Counted from the first letter of the stretch, positions 1 through 10,723 are shown. The stretch: 64,000 nt of DNA from Chloroflexota bacterium (GCA_965261345.1 OZ253449.1:1408001-1472000), one strand, 5' to 3'. Notes: generated by a model not told the origin, from the letters alone. A program made the numbers and translations.

Positions 1-517
1 ATTCGAACGCGCGCCCGCGAGCATCAAGGTGCGGATTTGTGCGGTAAATGGTAACTGCGGTCGTGTGTCGGATCATCTGCGGCGAGATATTGCCGTGCAT
101 ATCCAGGCCCATGCCAATCGGCATGGATGGACCGACCAATTCCCGTACGCGCCTGGCAACTTCGCCGTCGGCATCCCGATATTCCTCGGAGACGGCGGCG
201 CCATGGTTGGCCAAGAGCACGCCGTCCCATGGGCCGTTATCCCGCAGCAGGCTGATCATCTCAGCGGTTATCTGGTCGAAAGCGCTCTTGGTGATCACGC
301 CGATGGGGCCGGCCCGGGCGTGGAGCAAAGGCACCCCGTCAAACCCCAGGTCTTGGGCGGCCTGCAGAAAGCCCGCGATGGTGGCCTCAGAATTGCCAAA
401 TTCCTCCACGATCTCGGCGCCGCGCAGGACCCCCTCCTCTTCGAACCGGGCGTAGTCGGCCGGCACCGATGAGAAGGTGTTGGTCTCGTGCGAAATCCCG
501 AGGATGGCAAACCTCAT
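1..517 (-). CDS. M81 family metallopeptidase (MlrC-like), 5' part; runs off the window edge
   Basis: Not in ORF track. Manual minus-strand translation from ATG at 517 gives MRFAILGISHETNTFSSVPADY...DGVLLANHGAAV...DADGE...GLDMHGN...YRTNPHLD, matching MlrC motifs. Confidence 0.88.
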   Translation of the reverse strand, partial: MRFAILGISHETNTFSSVPADYARFEEEGVLRGAEIVEEFGNSEATIAGFLQAAQDLGFDGVPLLHARAGPIGVITKSAFDQITAEMISLLRDNGPWDGVLLANHGAAVSEEYRDADGEVARRVRELVGPSMPIGMGLDMHGNISPQMIRHTTAVTIYRTNPHLDARGRAFE

Positions 518-1254
518 CCGCTGTCCCTTCTTCGGCGACCATATGGTGTGATTTTCTCCGAACGACATCGCTGAATTGATTGGTCTCTACCGCCTGGGGC
601 AATTCTCAATATCCAAAGCCCATCCGCGATTGACCACAAGATATGGATTTCTTGCAACCGATATTGCCCGTTTGCAACAATGTATAGTTAGCGCTTGCTA
701 GGAGCGATGAGCCAAGCAAATGCCATTGTTCTCGGCGGCACGTTTGAAAAATGTGCATTAAAACGCGCCGTTAATTTAATCGGCCGGTTGTAACAGATCG
801 TGCTCGCACGTCCCACCAGCCCGCGATCGTGGATCAATTCCGCGTTGCCGGCCGTTTGTCTGGCGCTGCTGGCGATCGCATTTTTCTTCGCCGGAGAAAC
901 CACCCGGGCGCAGTCGGTTGAGCCTGGATCAGGTTCCCAATCGACGAATCCGGCGCTGCGATCGCAGGCGATCCAAGCCGTGGGGCTGACGGCAGCTCCC
1001 ACCAGCTTTCTCAATGTTGGCGACCTCGACCGCACCCGTCAGGGTAACGATCGGGCGGCAGAAAACGGTTTGCCCGATGTGGTGGACCCCATTTCGGGAC
1101 ACTGGTTCCCCAGCTGGGAAGAAGTCCATATCTATTGGCCGGTAAATTCCGGCGACGGCGGATCTGCGATTACCCACTACGAACTGCAGATAGATGAAGG
1201 CGAGTGGATGTCCACCGCCGGCGCCGACTGGAAGGGCTGCACGCTGCATTCTGA

Positions 1255-2439
1255 TTGGGCATCGACGTCAGCAAGGACGGCGTCGGTCTAATCCCTGGCA
1301 ATTCGTATCAGATACGGGTCAGGGCTGTAAACGCCAACGGCGCCGGCGAGGCTGGCAGCACATCGATCACCTTGACGGTGCCGCCAAACGCGCCCGAACC
1401 AAGCGCTGAGTCGGGCGACAACAACATCACTTTGAGCTGGGATGAACCAGCAGATGGCGGGTCGCCGATAACCGGCTACGGCGTTACCTATTTCAAGTAC
1501 CAGGATGCCGCTCCGCCGGTTTTTGTCCAGACAACGCAATTGGCGGTGACCCATGTGGGAGCATCCTCCTCACACACACTTGATGCCCTTGAAGGCGGAA
1601 CCAGTTACCTGTTCCATGTGTGGGCGATAACTGACGCCGGCTGGGGCCCGGGAGGGTCAATTTCAGCCATTCCCGGTCCGGCCGCCGCCCCGGCGCCGAC
1701 GACGATCGCCCACCTCCACGCGGGCAACGAGTCGTTGGTCGTTAACTGGAGCGCCCCATCCCAACCCGGTGCCGCAATAACTGAGTACGACCTCCGATAC
1801 AAAGCGGGTGGGGATGACGATGCCGAATGGCTTGAAGTTGATGCCGTCTGGGATTCTGGCGATGAGGGTGAACTGAGCTACGTATTGGATGGGTTAACTA
1901 ACGCGCAGATCTACTCAGTCCAAATCCTGGCCGAAAACTCCGAAGGCGAAAGTTCATGGTCGGCGGCAGCGTCCGGGACCCCGCAGGCCGATGCCGGGGG
2001 CGCGCCCGATTGGGGTCAACCGTCAATTACCGGCACCGCCGCCGTGGGGCGAAAGCTCACCGTCGACATTACCAGCCTCAACAACCCCGACGACGCGCTT
2101 CACCATTTCGGTTTCCGGTACCGGTGGCTGCGTTCGGGGACCCCCATATCCGGGGCCACCGGGGCAAGTTACATCCTCAGCGAAGCGGACCGCGACCAGG
2201 CAATCGCGGTTCGGGTCACGTTTCTAACCAAACGCGGGTACGCGCTCAGCTCAACCAGTGATCCAACCGACCCTGTGACCGGTCCCGGCGGCGGACAAAT
2301 ATCGTGCAGCGTGGCGGCGGTCACAGACACCGATGCCCGGGTGGCCAGCCGGCAATTGGCCGATCCCGGATCGAATCGTATTCAACCCGGCGCGGCCAAA
2401 TCAGATACCCCAAACGTGGTCAGCAAGGCCGCTGAATAA
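1255..2439 (+). CDS. Fibronectin type III repeat fragment of the surface protein
   Basis: FN3 motifs (YQIRVRAVNANGAG, LSWDEPADGGSPITGY, WSAPSQPGAAITEYDLRY) followed by an Ig-like module (ITGTAAVGRKLTV...YRWLR). Confidence 0.8.
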   Translation: MGIDVSKDGVGLIPGNSYQIRVRAVNANGAGEAGSTSITLTVPPNAPEPSAESGDNNITLSWDEPADGGSPITGYGVTYFKYQDAAPPVFVQTTQLAVTHVGASSSHTLDALEGGTSYLFHVWAITDAGWGPGGSISAIPGPAAAPAPTTIAHLHAGNESLVVNWSAPSQPGAAITEYDLRYKAGGDDDAEWLEVDAVWDSGDEGELSYVLDGLTNAQIYSVQILAENSEGESSWSAAASGTPQADAGGAPDWGQPSITGTAAVGRKLTVDITSLNNPDDALHHFGFRYRWLRSGTPISGATGASYILSEADRDQAIAVRVTFLTKRGYALSSTSDPTDPVTGPGGGQISCSVAAVTDTDARVASRQLADPGSNRIQPGAAKSDTPNVVSKAAE

Positions 2440-2484
2440 GCAAGCACCGTCGGCACGCGAGCCGATGGCGAAGCGGAAGAAGTT

Positions 2485-5400
2485 GTGTTCGATGTGGACG
2501 AAAACACCGCCGCGTTTGAGCACATCGGCGCCCCGGTGGCGGGCCCGGTCGTCAACCGGATCTATGCCTATTCGCTGGCAAATGGGCACATTTCCTTCTT
2601 TGGCATCAACGGCAAAACCGGGCAGCTGCTCATCGGCGCACCGCTCGACTTTGAGGACCGTTCTGAATATGAAGTGGTAGTCATTGCCCGGGATGGCTCC
2701 GGTGGAACCGCCCGCATCCCGGTGACGATTAACGTAAACAACCTCGACGAACCAGGGATCGTATCACTCTCATGGCGGAAACCGCAAATTGCGGTTGCGG
2801 TGGAAGCATCGCTCAGCGATCGCGACGGGGATGTTTCCGCGGTCACCTGGAAGTGGTTGCGCGGTGATGGTCCAAGAGGCGCGTTCTCCGAAATCAACAA
2901 TGCGACGTCGGCGACCTACACCCCAGGGAGCGCCGATGTCGGCAAATACCTGCGCGCGTCTGCCAACTACACCGATATATTGGGACCATCCAAAAACGCC
3001 AGTGCGACTTCGTTAGTGCCGGTGCGGACGGCGCAATCGCCAAACACCGCCCCTGCGTTCTACCTAGAGCCAAACGTCTACACGACTGGCTACGACTGCG
3101 ATCCGCACGTGGAGGCCAAGTTTTGCGTGCGCCTTCCCCGGTACACGACCCCGGGCGCGTCCGTCTACTATCCGACCAAAGCTGGAGATTTGGATCACGA
3201 TGAAGTCAAGTATTCAATCGGTGGCACCGAATCGGATAAATTCGCCATCAACGAGTTCAACGGGGAGTTGCTTACCGCGGCCCGATTCGACGACGTTGCC
3301 AATCCTCCCGGCCCAGGGGACAAAACCTACCAATTAACGATTACGGCCAGCGATCCGTCGGGCGCCTCAAATTCAATTGCCGTCGAAATCGAACTGACGG
3401 GAAGTCGCGGAGCAGTGGTGGTGGAAGGTCCACGCGAGATCAAATTCCCTGAAAACGGAACCTGGCGGGTGGCCGCGTACAGGGCCACCATCACAAAGGA
3501 TTCAGCCCCCTTCGAGGTCAAGGGATGGCTGGTTAGTGTCGAGCCGGGCGGCGGCGACGGTGATTACTTTGACATTGATGGTGACGGCATTCTCAGGTTT
3601 ACAAGCCCGCCTGACTTTGACAACCCAAAGGACAGTGGCAACAACAACGAATACAACTTCAGTCTGACGGCCTACAACCCCAATCCTCCCAACGGCGGGA
3701 AGCCACAGCAAACCTTCATCCGAATTACGGTAATCGTTACCGATTCGCGCGATGAATTTGAGATACGCGGGCTGGCATCAGTCGCCTACCCCGAAAACGG
3801 CACCCATCCGGTTGCCAGTTACACTGCGCCCAACGGGGTGGGGACCCTGACCTGGTTGCCACCGGACGGCGCCGACGGCGCCAAATTTACGATCGATGGC
3901 TCCGGGGTGCTCAGGTTTAGATCACCGCCGGACTTTGAAGCCAACGCCAGCGCCGACGGCGACAGCGCCTATGTCGTAAGCGTGGTCGTGCGCGACCAAA
4001 ACGAGACCCTGCGCAAGGATTTCGTTCAGATCGACGTTACCGACGTAAACGAACCGCCGGCATTTGACGAGGGGGCCAGCGCGATCCGAAACGTCGACGA
4101 CAACGCTGCCGCTGGAGACCCGGTAGGTAACCCCGTAACCGCCACCGACCCGGACGCGGGGGCAATGCTCACCTACTCCCTGGGCGGCACCGACGCGGCG
4201 TTATTTGAGATCGAGAACGACACCGGTCAATTGAAAACATCCACCGAACCGCTCGACCCCCAGTTGACCTACACGGTCTCCGACGGAATGCCCGACCCTT
4301 CCGCCGACGATTCCATAACGATCACGCTATCGGTGATCGACATCAACGAGTGGCCGGAATTTGATGACGGTTTGGACACGTCGATCAACGTTCCCGAAAA
4401 CACTCCGGTAGGTGCCGACATCGGTGATCCATACACCGCGACCGACCCTGAAAACGACCCCAAAACCTACACCCTGGGTGGGGACGATCAGGCTTTCTTC
4501 GACATCAATTCCGCCACCGGCCAGCTTTTGCTGGACGATGTGCTGGACTACGAGTCCCTCAAAAAGAGCTACTCAATAACCATCTACGTGAGCGATAACA
4601 AGGATCAACTCGGCAATCGCGACACCGCTCCCGACGACGAAATTGGCGTTACCGTCAACGTGACCGACGTAAACGAACCGCCGCAGCTTCCCGCCGGCCC
4701 AATCACCCTGGTAGTGCCCGAGAACTCAGGGCCAGACCGGGACATTGGAAACCCGCTCACCGCCACCGATCCCGAAGGCGATTTCCTAACGTATTCCCTC
4801 GACGATGTCAGCGCGCTTACGTTCGACATCCTTGCCCTCGTTGGCCAGCTAACGACCAAGGCCGCACTCGACCATGAGGCCAACCCCAGCTACACCGTCT
4901 CCGTCTCGGTGAGTGATGGCAAGAACGAAGCCGGCGACGCTGACCCGAGCGCCGACGACACCATCAGCGTGACCATCAACGTGACTGACGTTAACGAATC
5001 GCCGACTTTGATGAGCGGCCCTATCACGTTGGAGGTGGATGAGAACCAGCGTGCCGGGACAAATATTGGCAACCCGCTGGTGGCGGAAACCGACCCCGAA
5101 AACGATCGTCTAACTTACACCTTGAGCGGGAACGGGGACGAGGTTTTCTTCGAGGTTGACTCAACCGGCCAGCTAAAGACCAAGGCCGTGCTGGACTTCG
5201 AGCACAGCCACGGTCCCAGCTACTTCGTAACCGTCTCGGTGACCGACGGCAAGGATCAGAACTTTAACCCCGACATGGCCTCCGACGACGAAATTGACGT
5301 GACCATCAATGTGGCCGATGTCAATGAACCACCGCGTTTTGCCGATCGCGCGCCCACCCGATCGGCGCTAGAGACCAGTTCCATCGGTGATTTCATCGGT

Positions 5401-7767
5401 GGCCCGATATCCGCAATCGACCCCGAGAACCGAGCTTTAACCTACACCCTGGGCGGCCGGCACGCAGCTTCGTTTGGCATCATCAACTCCACCGGCCAAC
5501 TCCAGGTAGATAGCACGCTGGACTTTGATATCCGGTCGCGCTATACCGTCACCGTCTCAGTCAGCGACGGCGAGGACTCGGGCTTTAACTCCGATCCGGC
5601 CATCGACGACACCGTCACCGTCACCATTAACGTGACCGATGCCAACCGCGCCCCCCAATTTCCGGGCACTACCGCGACCCGCTCAATTCCGGAAAACACT
5701 CCAGCAGGGGATTTCGGCGAACCAGTATCGGCGACCGACGACGAGGGCGACCGGCTGACCTACTCCCTGGGCGGTACCGATTCGGCTTTCTTTGACCTGG
5801 ACCCTGAAAGCGGCCAACTAAAGACCTTGGCCGCGCTCGATTACGAGCACAGCCACGGTCCCAGCTACTCGGTGACCGTATCGGTTACCGATAGCAAGGC
5901 CGAAGACGGAACCCTGGACGAGACCGTCGACGATATGGTGGCGGTCACGGTCGAAGTGGATGACATCGCGGTCCCGCTTGTTCCGGCAGCCCCATCGGTG
6001 GCCCCGGGAGGGGATAGGGCCCTGAGCATTACCTGGATTGCAGGGAATGCCGGGGTCAACCAACCGATTGAAAGTTATGAGGTTCGCTACCGGGTCAAAG
6101 ACGGCTTGAACCCCAATTGGACCGAAAACGTCAGCAATGTTTCAGTCTCGGGCAACAGCGCCACCATTGATGAACTCGATTACGACGTGATCTATGAGGT
6201 GCAGCTACAGGCCAGGAACAGCGAAGGTCCAAGCGGATGGTCCGGAACGGGCGAAGGCCAGACTGACCTGCTCAAACTTTCGGTGGCCTATGGCCAGGCA
6301 AGTTACAGCGTCAATGAGGGGGACGATCTCTCGGTCATGGTTACGGTTTCACCGGCCACCGATCGCGAATTGGAGATTCCAATCTCGGTTGCACCTGGAA
6401 GCGCTGAAACCGAGGACTACGAGGTCTCCGGCCTGTCCAATGACGCATTGGTGTTCGCGATAGATAGTGCACAAATGCTCTTTACGATCACCACCGTAGA
6501 TGATGCCGACGGCCGCAACGAAGTGCTAACCCTTACATTCGGGCCGCTGCTTCCGGGCGATGTCTCCACCGGCGTCCCGGCATCGGCCCGGGTAACGATA
6601 GTTGACGGCGATCGCTCCACCACCGGCGGCGGCGGCGGCGGCGGCGGCGGAGGCGGGTTGAGGAACCGGCGCGCCACGGGTAAACCGGTCATTTCAGGGC
6701 TGCCCGAGGTTGACCAGGAATTGACTGTATCCACCGACGGAATCGCCGACCTTGACGGCCTTACAAACGTTTCCTACAGCTACAACTGGATTCGTGAGCT
6801 GGATGGATCTATAACGGTCATCCCTCTTCAATCGGGTGACAGCTACACGCTTACCGAAGCTGATATCGATCACACGATCCGGGTCAGGGTCAGCTTCCGC
6901 GACGATCGCCGCAATTCAGAATCGCTAACCAGCGACCCGACCGCGCTGGTCGCGGCCGCTTTTGGGCGCCGATCATCCCAGCAGCCGCCCACCCAGGCCG
7001 AGCCCAACGCCTTTTCACCGTCCGAGGCGCCCATCATTACCGTCTTGGACAACCGCTACGTCGAGGGGCCGGGCAATGAAAACCTCAAACACAACATCCC
7101 CAACCTTGAGATTGCCTGGAAAGATATCACCCGGACGGCGGACTTCCTTACCCATTACGACATCACCGGGGGCCTTGAGCGCTGGGGCTATCCGGTGTCC
7201 GAAGTGCTGGTGCTCGAATCCGGCGCGTTAACGCAGTTCTATCAGCGCGGTGCGGTCGATTTCCACAATGTCGGCCAGGGCTGGGCGATCGAGCGCCGGC
7301 TCACCTGGGAGTACGTCGGCGGCATCAACAGTCGGGCAGGCGATCAGGGCACCGAGCCATTCCTGACCAACCCGCATCCGGGCAATTTGACCGGTCCCTG
7401 GGGCCACAAGGTCTCCAACTATTCAGTCGATGGGGTGGAGGTCCATTTCGCCGAAGTCCACAACCGGCTGGGGCAAACGCTCGCATTCGGATTCCCGTTA
7501 TCAGACGCCCGAATCAACTTCCTGGTGCCGGGGCTCCTGCATGCACCGAGCACAACGCCTGGATTCGTGCGCCAGTTCTTCCAGGCCGCGATATTTGAAT
7601 ACCACCCGATCTATCCCGCCAACCCGGTCATGCTCACATTGCTGGGCGACATCCTGCGCGACATCCTTGTACCCAACCACGCCATCCACGCGCCGTTCAA
7701 CGCCCAGCCGGAACTTGAAATAGGGCAGCTTTACAAGCCCTATTACGTAAATGACGCGGTTGGCTAA
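2485..7767 (+). CDS. Cadherin-repeat protein with FN3, Calx-beta-like, poly-Gly linker, Ig-like module and C-terminal Chloroflexi-type surface domain
   Basis: Repeated cadherin motifs (DVNEPP, ATDPE, LDYE/LDFE), an FN3 module (YEVQLQARNSEGPSGWS), a Gly run, and C-terminal GGLERWGYPVSE...QFYQRG / FGFPLS...QFFQAAIFEYHP repeats. Confidence 0.88.
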   Translation: MFDVDENTAAFEHIGAPVAGPVVNRIYAYSLANGHISFFGINGKTGQLLIGAPLDFEDRSEYEVVVIARDGSGGTARIPVTINVNNLDEPGIVSLSWRKPQIAVAVEASLSDRDGDVSAVTWKWLRGDGPRGAFSEINNATSATYTPGSADVGKYLRASANYTDILGPSKNASATSLVPVRTAQSPNTAPAFYLEPNVYTTGYDCDPHVEAKFCVRLPRYTTPGASVYYPTKAGDLDHDEVKYSIGGTESDKFAINEFNGELLTAARFDDVANPPGPGDKTYQLTITASDPSGASNSIAVEIELTGSRGAVVVEGPREIKFPENGTWRVAAYRATITKDSAPFEVKGWLVSVEPGGGDGDYFDIDGDGILRFTSPPDFDNPKDSGNNNEYNFSLTAYNPNPPNGGKPQQTFIRITVIVTDSRDEFEIRGLASVAYPENGTHPVASYTAPNGVGTLTWLPPDGADGAKFTIDGSGVLRFRSPPDFEANASADGDSAYVVSVVVRDQNETLRKDFVQIDVTDVNEPPAFDEGASAIRNVDDNAAAGDPVGNPVTATDPDAGAMLTYSLGGTDAALFEIENDTGQLKTSTEPLDPQLTYTVSDGMPDPSADDSITITLSVIDINEWPEFDDGLDTSINVPENTPVGADIGDPYTATDPENDPKTYTLGGDDQAFFDINSATGQLLLDDVLDYESLKKSYSITIYVSDNKDQLGNRDTAPDDEIGVTVNVTDVNEPPQLPAGPITLVVPENSGPDRDIGNPLTATDPEGDFLTYSLDDVSALTFDILALVGQLTTKAALDHEANPSYTVSVSVSDGKNEAGDADPSADDTISVTINVTDVNESPTLMSGPITLEVDENQRAGTNIGNPLVAETDPENDRLTYTLSGNGDEVFFEVDSTGQLKTKAVLDFEHSHGPSYFVTVSVTDGKDQNFNPDMASDDEIDVTINVADVNEPPRFADRAPTRSALETSSIGDFIGGPISAIDPENRALTYTLGGRHAASFGIINSTGQLQVDSTLDFDIRSRYTVTVSVSDGEDSGFNSDPAIDDTVTVTINVTDANRAPQFPGTTATRSIPENTPAGDFGEPVSATDDEGDRLTYSLGGTDSAFFDLDPESGQLKTLAALDYEHSHGPSYSVTVSVTDSKAEDGTLDETVDDMVAVTVEVDDIAVPLVPAAPSVAPGGDRALSITWIAGNAGVNQPIESYEVRYRVKDGLNPNWTENVSNVSVSGNSATIDELDYDVIYEVQLQARNSEGPSGWSGTGEGQTDLLKLSVAYGQASYSVNEGDDLSVMVTVSPATDRELEIPISVAPGSAETEDYEVSGLSNDALVFAIDSAQMLFTITTVDDADGRNEVLTLTFGPLLPGDVSTGVPASARVTIVDGDRSTTGGGGGGGGGGGLRNRRATGKPVISGLPEVDQELTVSTDGIADLDGLTNVSYSYNWIRELDGSITVIPLQSGDSYTLTEADIDHTIRVRVSFRDDRRNSESLTSDPTALVAAAFGRRSSQQPPTQAEPNAFSPSEAPIITVLDNRYVEGPGNENLKHNIPNLEIAWKDITRTADFLTHYDITGGLERWGYPVSEVLVLESGALTQFYQRGAVDFHNVGQGWAIERRLTWEYVGGINSRAGDQGTEPFLTNPHPGNLTGPWGHKVSNYSVDGVEVHFAEVHNRLGQTLAFGFPLSDARINFLVPGLLHAPSTTPGFVRQFFQAAIFEYHPIYPANPVMLTLLGDILRDILVPNHAIHAPFNAQPELEIGQLYKPYYVNDAVG
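6625..6657 (+). repeat. GGC trinucleotide microsatellite encoding a poly-glycine linker
   Basis: (GGC)8 GGA GGC GGG read directly; encodes 11 Gly. Confidence 0.85.
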
Positions 7768-8006
7768 AGCGGCCCAGATCGTAAAAAGATTGGGCGTTGG
7801 CGGGAAATTTTGCAAGTTGCCGCCCGCTCGCCCCAAATACTGCCCCGTCAGGCTGCCGGAGGCGTCTCTTAGTTTCCAGAGCCCTCGTCAACTAGTGCTT
7901 TGAAAATAAGCTGCGGTCATCGGCCAACGCCGGATCGAATTTGCGCCGCATAGGCGTGATATGCTGACTGCGTTAGGTGGCTAGTTCCTAAGATTGAGGG
8001 GCAGGG

Positions 8007-9413
8007 GTGGCGGACGACAAAGTTGCGTTGTTTGCGCATTTGATGCGCCGAGCCGGCTTCGGGGCGACCAGGCCCGAGCTGGAGGAATTGGCCTTGCGCG
8101 AATACGAGGCCGTGGTCGAGGACCTGGTCAATCCGGAGCGGTTTCCACCGATCGAGGACGACATCCTAGAACGGTACTACACCAACCTGAACTCATGGGA
8201 ACCGATCAATGTTTACGCCGGTGCCTGGATGTACCGGATGATCAACAGCAAGCGCCCCTTAGAAGAGAAGATGGCGCTCTTTTGGCACCACGTTTTCGCG
8301 ACCGGCTTTCACAAGAACGAGCATGTCCCGGCCGCGGTCGACCAGATCGCCATGTTTCGCCGCAACGGCCTTTCAAAATTCCGCGACATCCTCCTTGACC
8401 TGTCCCGCGACCCGGCAATGATCGACTGGCTAGACAACGCCGAGAACCACAATGGCGCCATAAACGAGAACTACGGGCGAGAGCTGCTGGAGCTGTTCTC
8501 GATGGGCGTGGGCAATTACACCGAAACCGATATCAAGGAGGCCTCGCGAGCTTTTACCGGCTGGACGTTCGAGCAACCGATACCGCTATACCCTTGCGGG
8601 CTCTTTCAGGCCCGGTTCGCCTACCGCGCCGACGACCACGATGACGGCGAGAAGACCTTCCTCGGCCACACTGGGCGCTTCAACGGGCAGGACATCATCG
8701 ACATCATCGTTCGGCAACCGGCAACCGCCAGGTTCATCTGCAGGCACCTGTACAACTTCTTCGTCGCCGACGAACCGCAGGTGCCGGCCTGGGAGACGGT
8801 GCCCCCACAGGACCCGGACGCCATCGAAACGATGGTAGAGGCCTTCACCGATTCTGACGGGGAGATTCGAACGGTGATGCAAGTCCTGCTTAACTCGGAC
8901 TTCTTCAAGGACGCCCGCTACCAGAAAGTCAAGAGCCCGGCCGAGTTCGTGGTCGGCGCGGCGCGGCTGTCGGGGGTCCACCGGTTTCCGCAGCCGGGGC
9001 TCGGCAACCTGGTGAACGCCGCCGTGGTCATGGGTCAGTTTCTCTTTAACCCACCCACGGTCGAGGGCTGGCACACCGGCAAGGAATGGATTGATGGTGG
9101 CACGCTCAACGAGCGAGTCAACTTTGCCGTCGACCTGGTCGCGGACACTTCCAAGCCGGGTATCTCGCAACTGATTAACAGCCTGCGTACCGACTCTGTG
9201 CAAACGGGTCGCCTCAATCCGCAGGAATTTGTGGACAAATGCCTTGATCGGGTCGGCGCCCTTGAAGTGGAAGATAACACCCGGGCGGTTCTCATCCGGC
9301 ACGCCGAGTCCATCGGCGGCCTCGATCTCAATGATGATGACGATCGGGTCGCCAGTAACGTGGCGAGCGTGCTGCGGCTAATAGTATCGTCGATGGAGTA
9401 CCAGTTCGCTTAA
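8007..9413 (+). CDS. DUF1800 domain protein
   Basis: HLMRRAGFG, EKMALFWHHVFAT, DPAMIDWLDN, NENYGRELLELFSMG, ASRAFTGW, KVKSPAE and PPTVEGW motifs. Confidence 0.92.
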   Translation: MADDKVALFAHLMRRAGFGATRPELEELALREYEAVVEDLVNPERFPPIEDDILERYYTNLNSWEPINVYAGAWMYRMINSKRPLEEKMALFWHHVFATGFHKNEHVPAAVDQIAMFRRNGLSKFRDILLDLSRDPAMIDWLDNAENHNGAINENYGRELLELFSMGVGNYTETDIKEASRAFTGWTFEQPIPLYPCGLFQARFAYRADDHDDGEKTFLGHTGRFNGQDIIDIIVRQPATARFICRHLYNFFVADEPQVPAWETVPPQDPDAIETMVEAFTDSDGEIRTVMQVLLNSDFFKDARYQKVKSPAEFVVGAARLSGVHRFPQPGLGNLVNAAVVMGQFLFNPPTVEGWHTGKEWIDGGTLNERVNFAVDLVADTSKPGISQLINSLRTDSVQTGRLNPQEFVDKCLDRVGALEVEDNTRAVLIRHAESIGGLDLNDDDDRVASNVASVLRLIVSSMEYQFA

Positions 9414-9520
9414 GGGCGGGGGACTTGAATCCTCCTTAGCTGAAGCTGGAAGGGGAGACGGTGGAGTGCGCGCACGAGAAGGCCGAAACGGCCACATGAT
9501 CCACTGGGGGACGGGACACC

Positions 9521-10690
9521 GTGGCAGGTAGCAAAAAACCTCCGGTCCTGGTTGTTTTGCAGCTTTCCGGCGGCAACGACTTTATGAACTCGGTTATCCC
9601 CTACACAAATCCGGTCTACCACGACGCCCGGCAGGCCCTGGCGATACCGGAGGACGAGGTCCTACCGATTAACAGCTCGCTGGGTTTCCACCCCAACCTG
9701 GGCCCGCTCAAGGAACTCTTCGACCAGGGTTCGGTCGCTATTGTTCAGGGTGTTGGCTACCCCAATTCCAGTCGGTCCCACTTCCGCGCAATGGACATCA
9801 TGCACACCTGCGAGCCCGATAAGGTGGGCATTGAAGGTTGGGTGGGCCAGGCAACGCGCCAGCTGGACCCGGGCCACGCTTCGGTCCTAACAACGGTAAA
9901 CATCGGCCGTGGGATGCCGCGGGCGCTGGCCTGTCCCGGCGTACCGATCACTTCGGTCGGCGACCTGGACCGGTATGGCCTAATGTCTGGGATCGCCGCG
10001 GCCCAGCAGCGGTCCGAAGCCCTGGAGCGGTTCCAGGAGATGTACGCTCCGGCCATAGGTAGCGGCCCGGTCGCCGATTACATCGCCCGGACCGGCTTGG
10101 ATGTGATCAAAAGCGCGGAGTTGCTAAAAAAGGCCCCCGAGGCCTATGAGTCGAGCGTGGAGTATGCCGACAACTCGGTGGCCCAGGGCCTGCGGGACGT
10201 GGCAAGGGTGCATTTGGCCGGCCTGGGTACGCGCATCTTCTATGCTCAGCACGGTGGATACGACACCCATGCCATTCAAAACCCGACCCACCCCAGGCTG
10301 CTTACCGAGCTGTCTGGCGCGATAAAGGCATTCTTCCAGGACCTTCGCGATCACGAAGCCGACGACGAGGTCGCCATGCTGGTGTTTACCGAGTTCGGCC
10401 GCCGGATGATAGGCAACGGCAGCGGTACCGATCACGGTTCCGGCGGCGGCGCGTTCATCATCGGCAAACAGGTCAACGGAGGGCTCTACTGTGAGTACCC
10501 GTCGCTTGATCCGGGCCAATGGCTCAACGGGGAGGATCTCCAGCACACGGTCGATTACCGGAGCGTGTACGCCACGATGCTCGATCAGTGGTTGAGCGTA
10601 AACCCCACCGAGATCGTCGGCGGAAACTACGAGCAGATCCAACCGTTCAAACAGGGCGGCTCGCCGGTTTTGGCCCCCGGGCTGGCCTAG
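9521..10690 (+). CDS. DUF1501 domain protein (no Tat signal)
   Basis: LQLSGGND, GYPNSSRSHF, GGYDTH, TEFGRR, GTDHG and TVDYRSVY motifs; downstream of DUF1800 as usual. Confidence 0.92.
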   Translation: MAGSKKPPVLVVLQLSGGNDFMNSVIPYTNPVYHDARQALAIPEDEVLPINSSLGFHPNLGPLKELFDQGSVAIVQGVGYPNSSRSHFRAMDIMHTCEPDKVGIEGWVGQATRQLDPGHASVLTTVNIGRGMPRALACPGVPITSVGDLDRYGLMSGIAAAQQRSEALERFQEMYAPAIGSGPVADYIARTGLDVIKSAELLKKAPEAYESSVEYADNSVAQGLRDVARVHLAGLGTRIFYAQHGGYDTHAIQNPTHPRLLTELSGAIKAFFQDLRDHEADDEVAMLVFTEFGRRMIGNGSGTDHGSGGGAFIIGKQVNGGLYCEYPSLDPGQWLNGEDLQHTVDYRSVYATMLDQWLSVNPTEIVGGNYEQIQPFKQGGSPVLAPGLA

Positions 10691-10723
10691 CGATCGGATC
10701 ACCCGTCTCCTAAGAGGTGCGAC

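Larger units (their letters stand above)
800..7767 (+). pseudogene. Giant secreted FN3/cadherin-repeat surface protein (about 2300 aa if restored), split into three ORFs
   Basis: ORF 800-1291 has a signal peptide and the start of an FN3 domain. A frameshift near 1257 leads to ORF 1255-2439. ORF 2485-7767 is in the same frame as 1255-2439, separated by one TAA at 2437-2439. Confidence 0.7.

Noticed and set aside
29-472. Plus-strand ORFs 29-472 and 48-455, and similar long antisense ORFs (e.g. 48013-49107, 52102-52899, 58103-59380)
   Set aside because: Shadow ORFs opposite well-supported genes in high-GC DNA.
4045-5960. Recurring DNA repeats
   Set aside because: Explained by tandem cadherin domains within the coding sequence.
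9414-9440. tRNA T-arm-like sequence (rc GGATTCAAGTCCCC) as a possible att remnant
   Set aside because: No acceptor stem or CCA, and no match to the tRNAs or tmRNA in the window.
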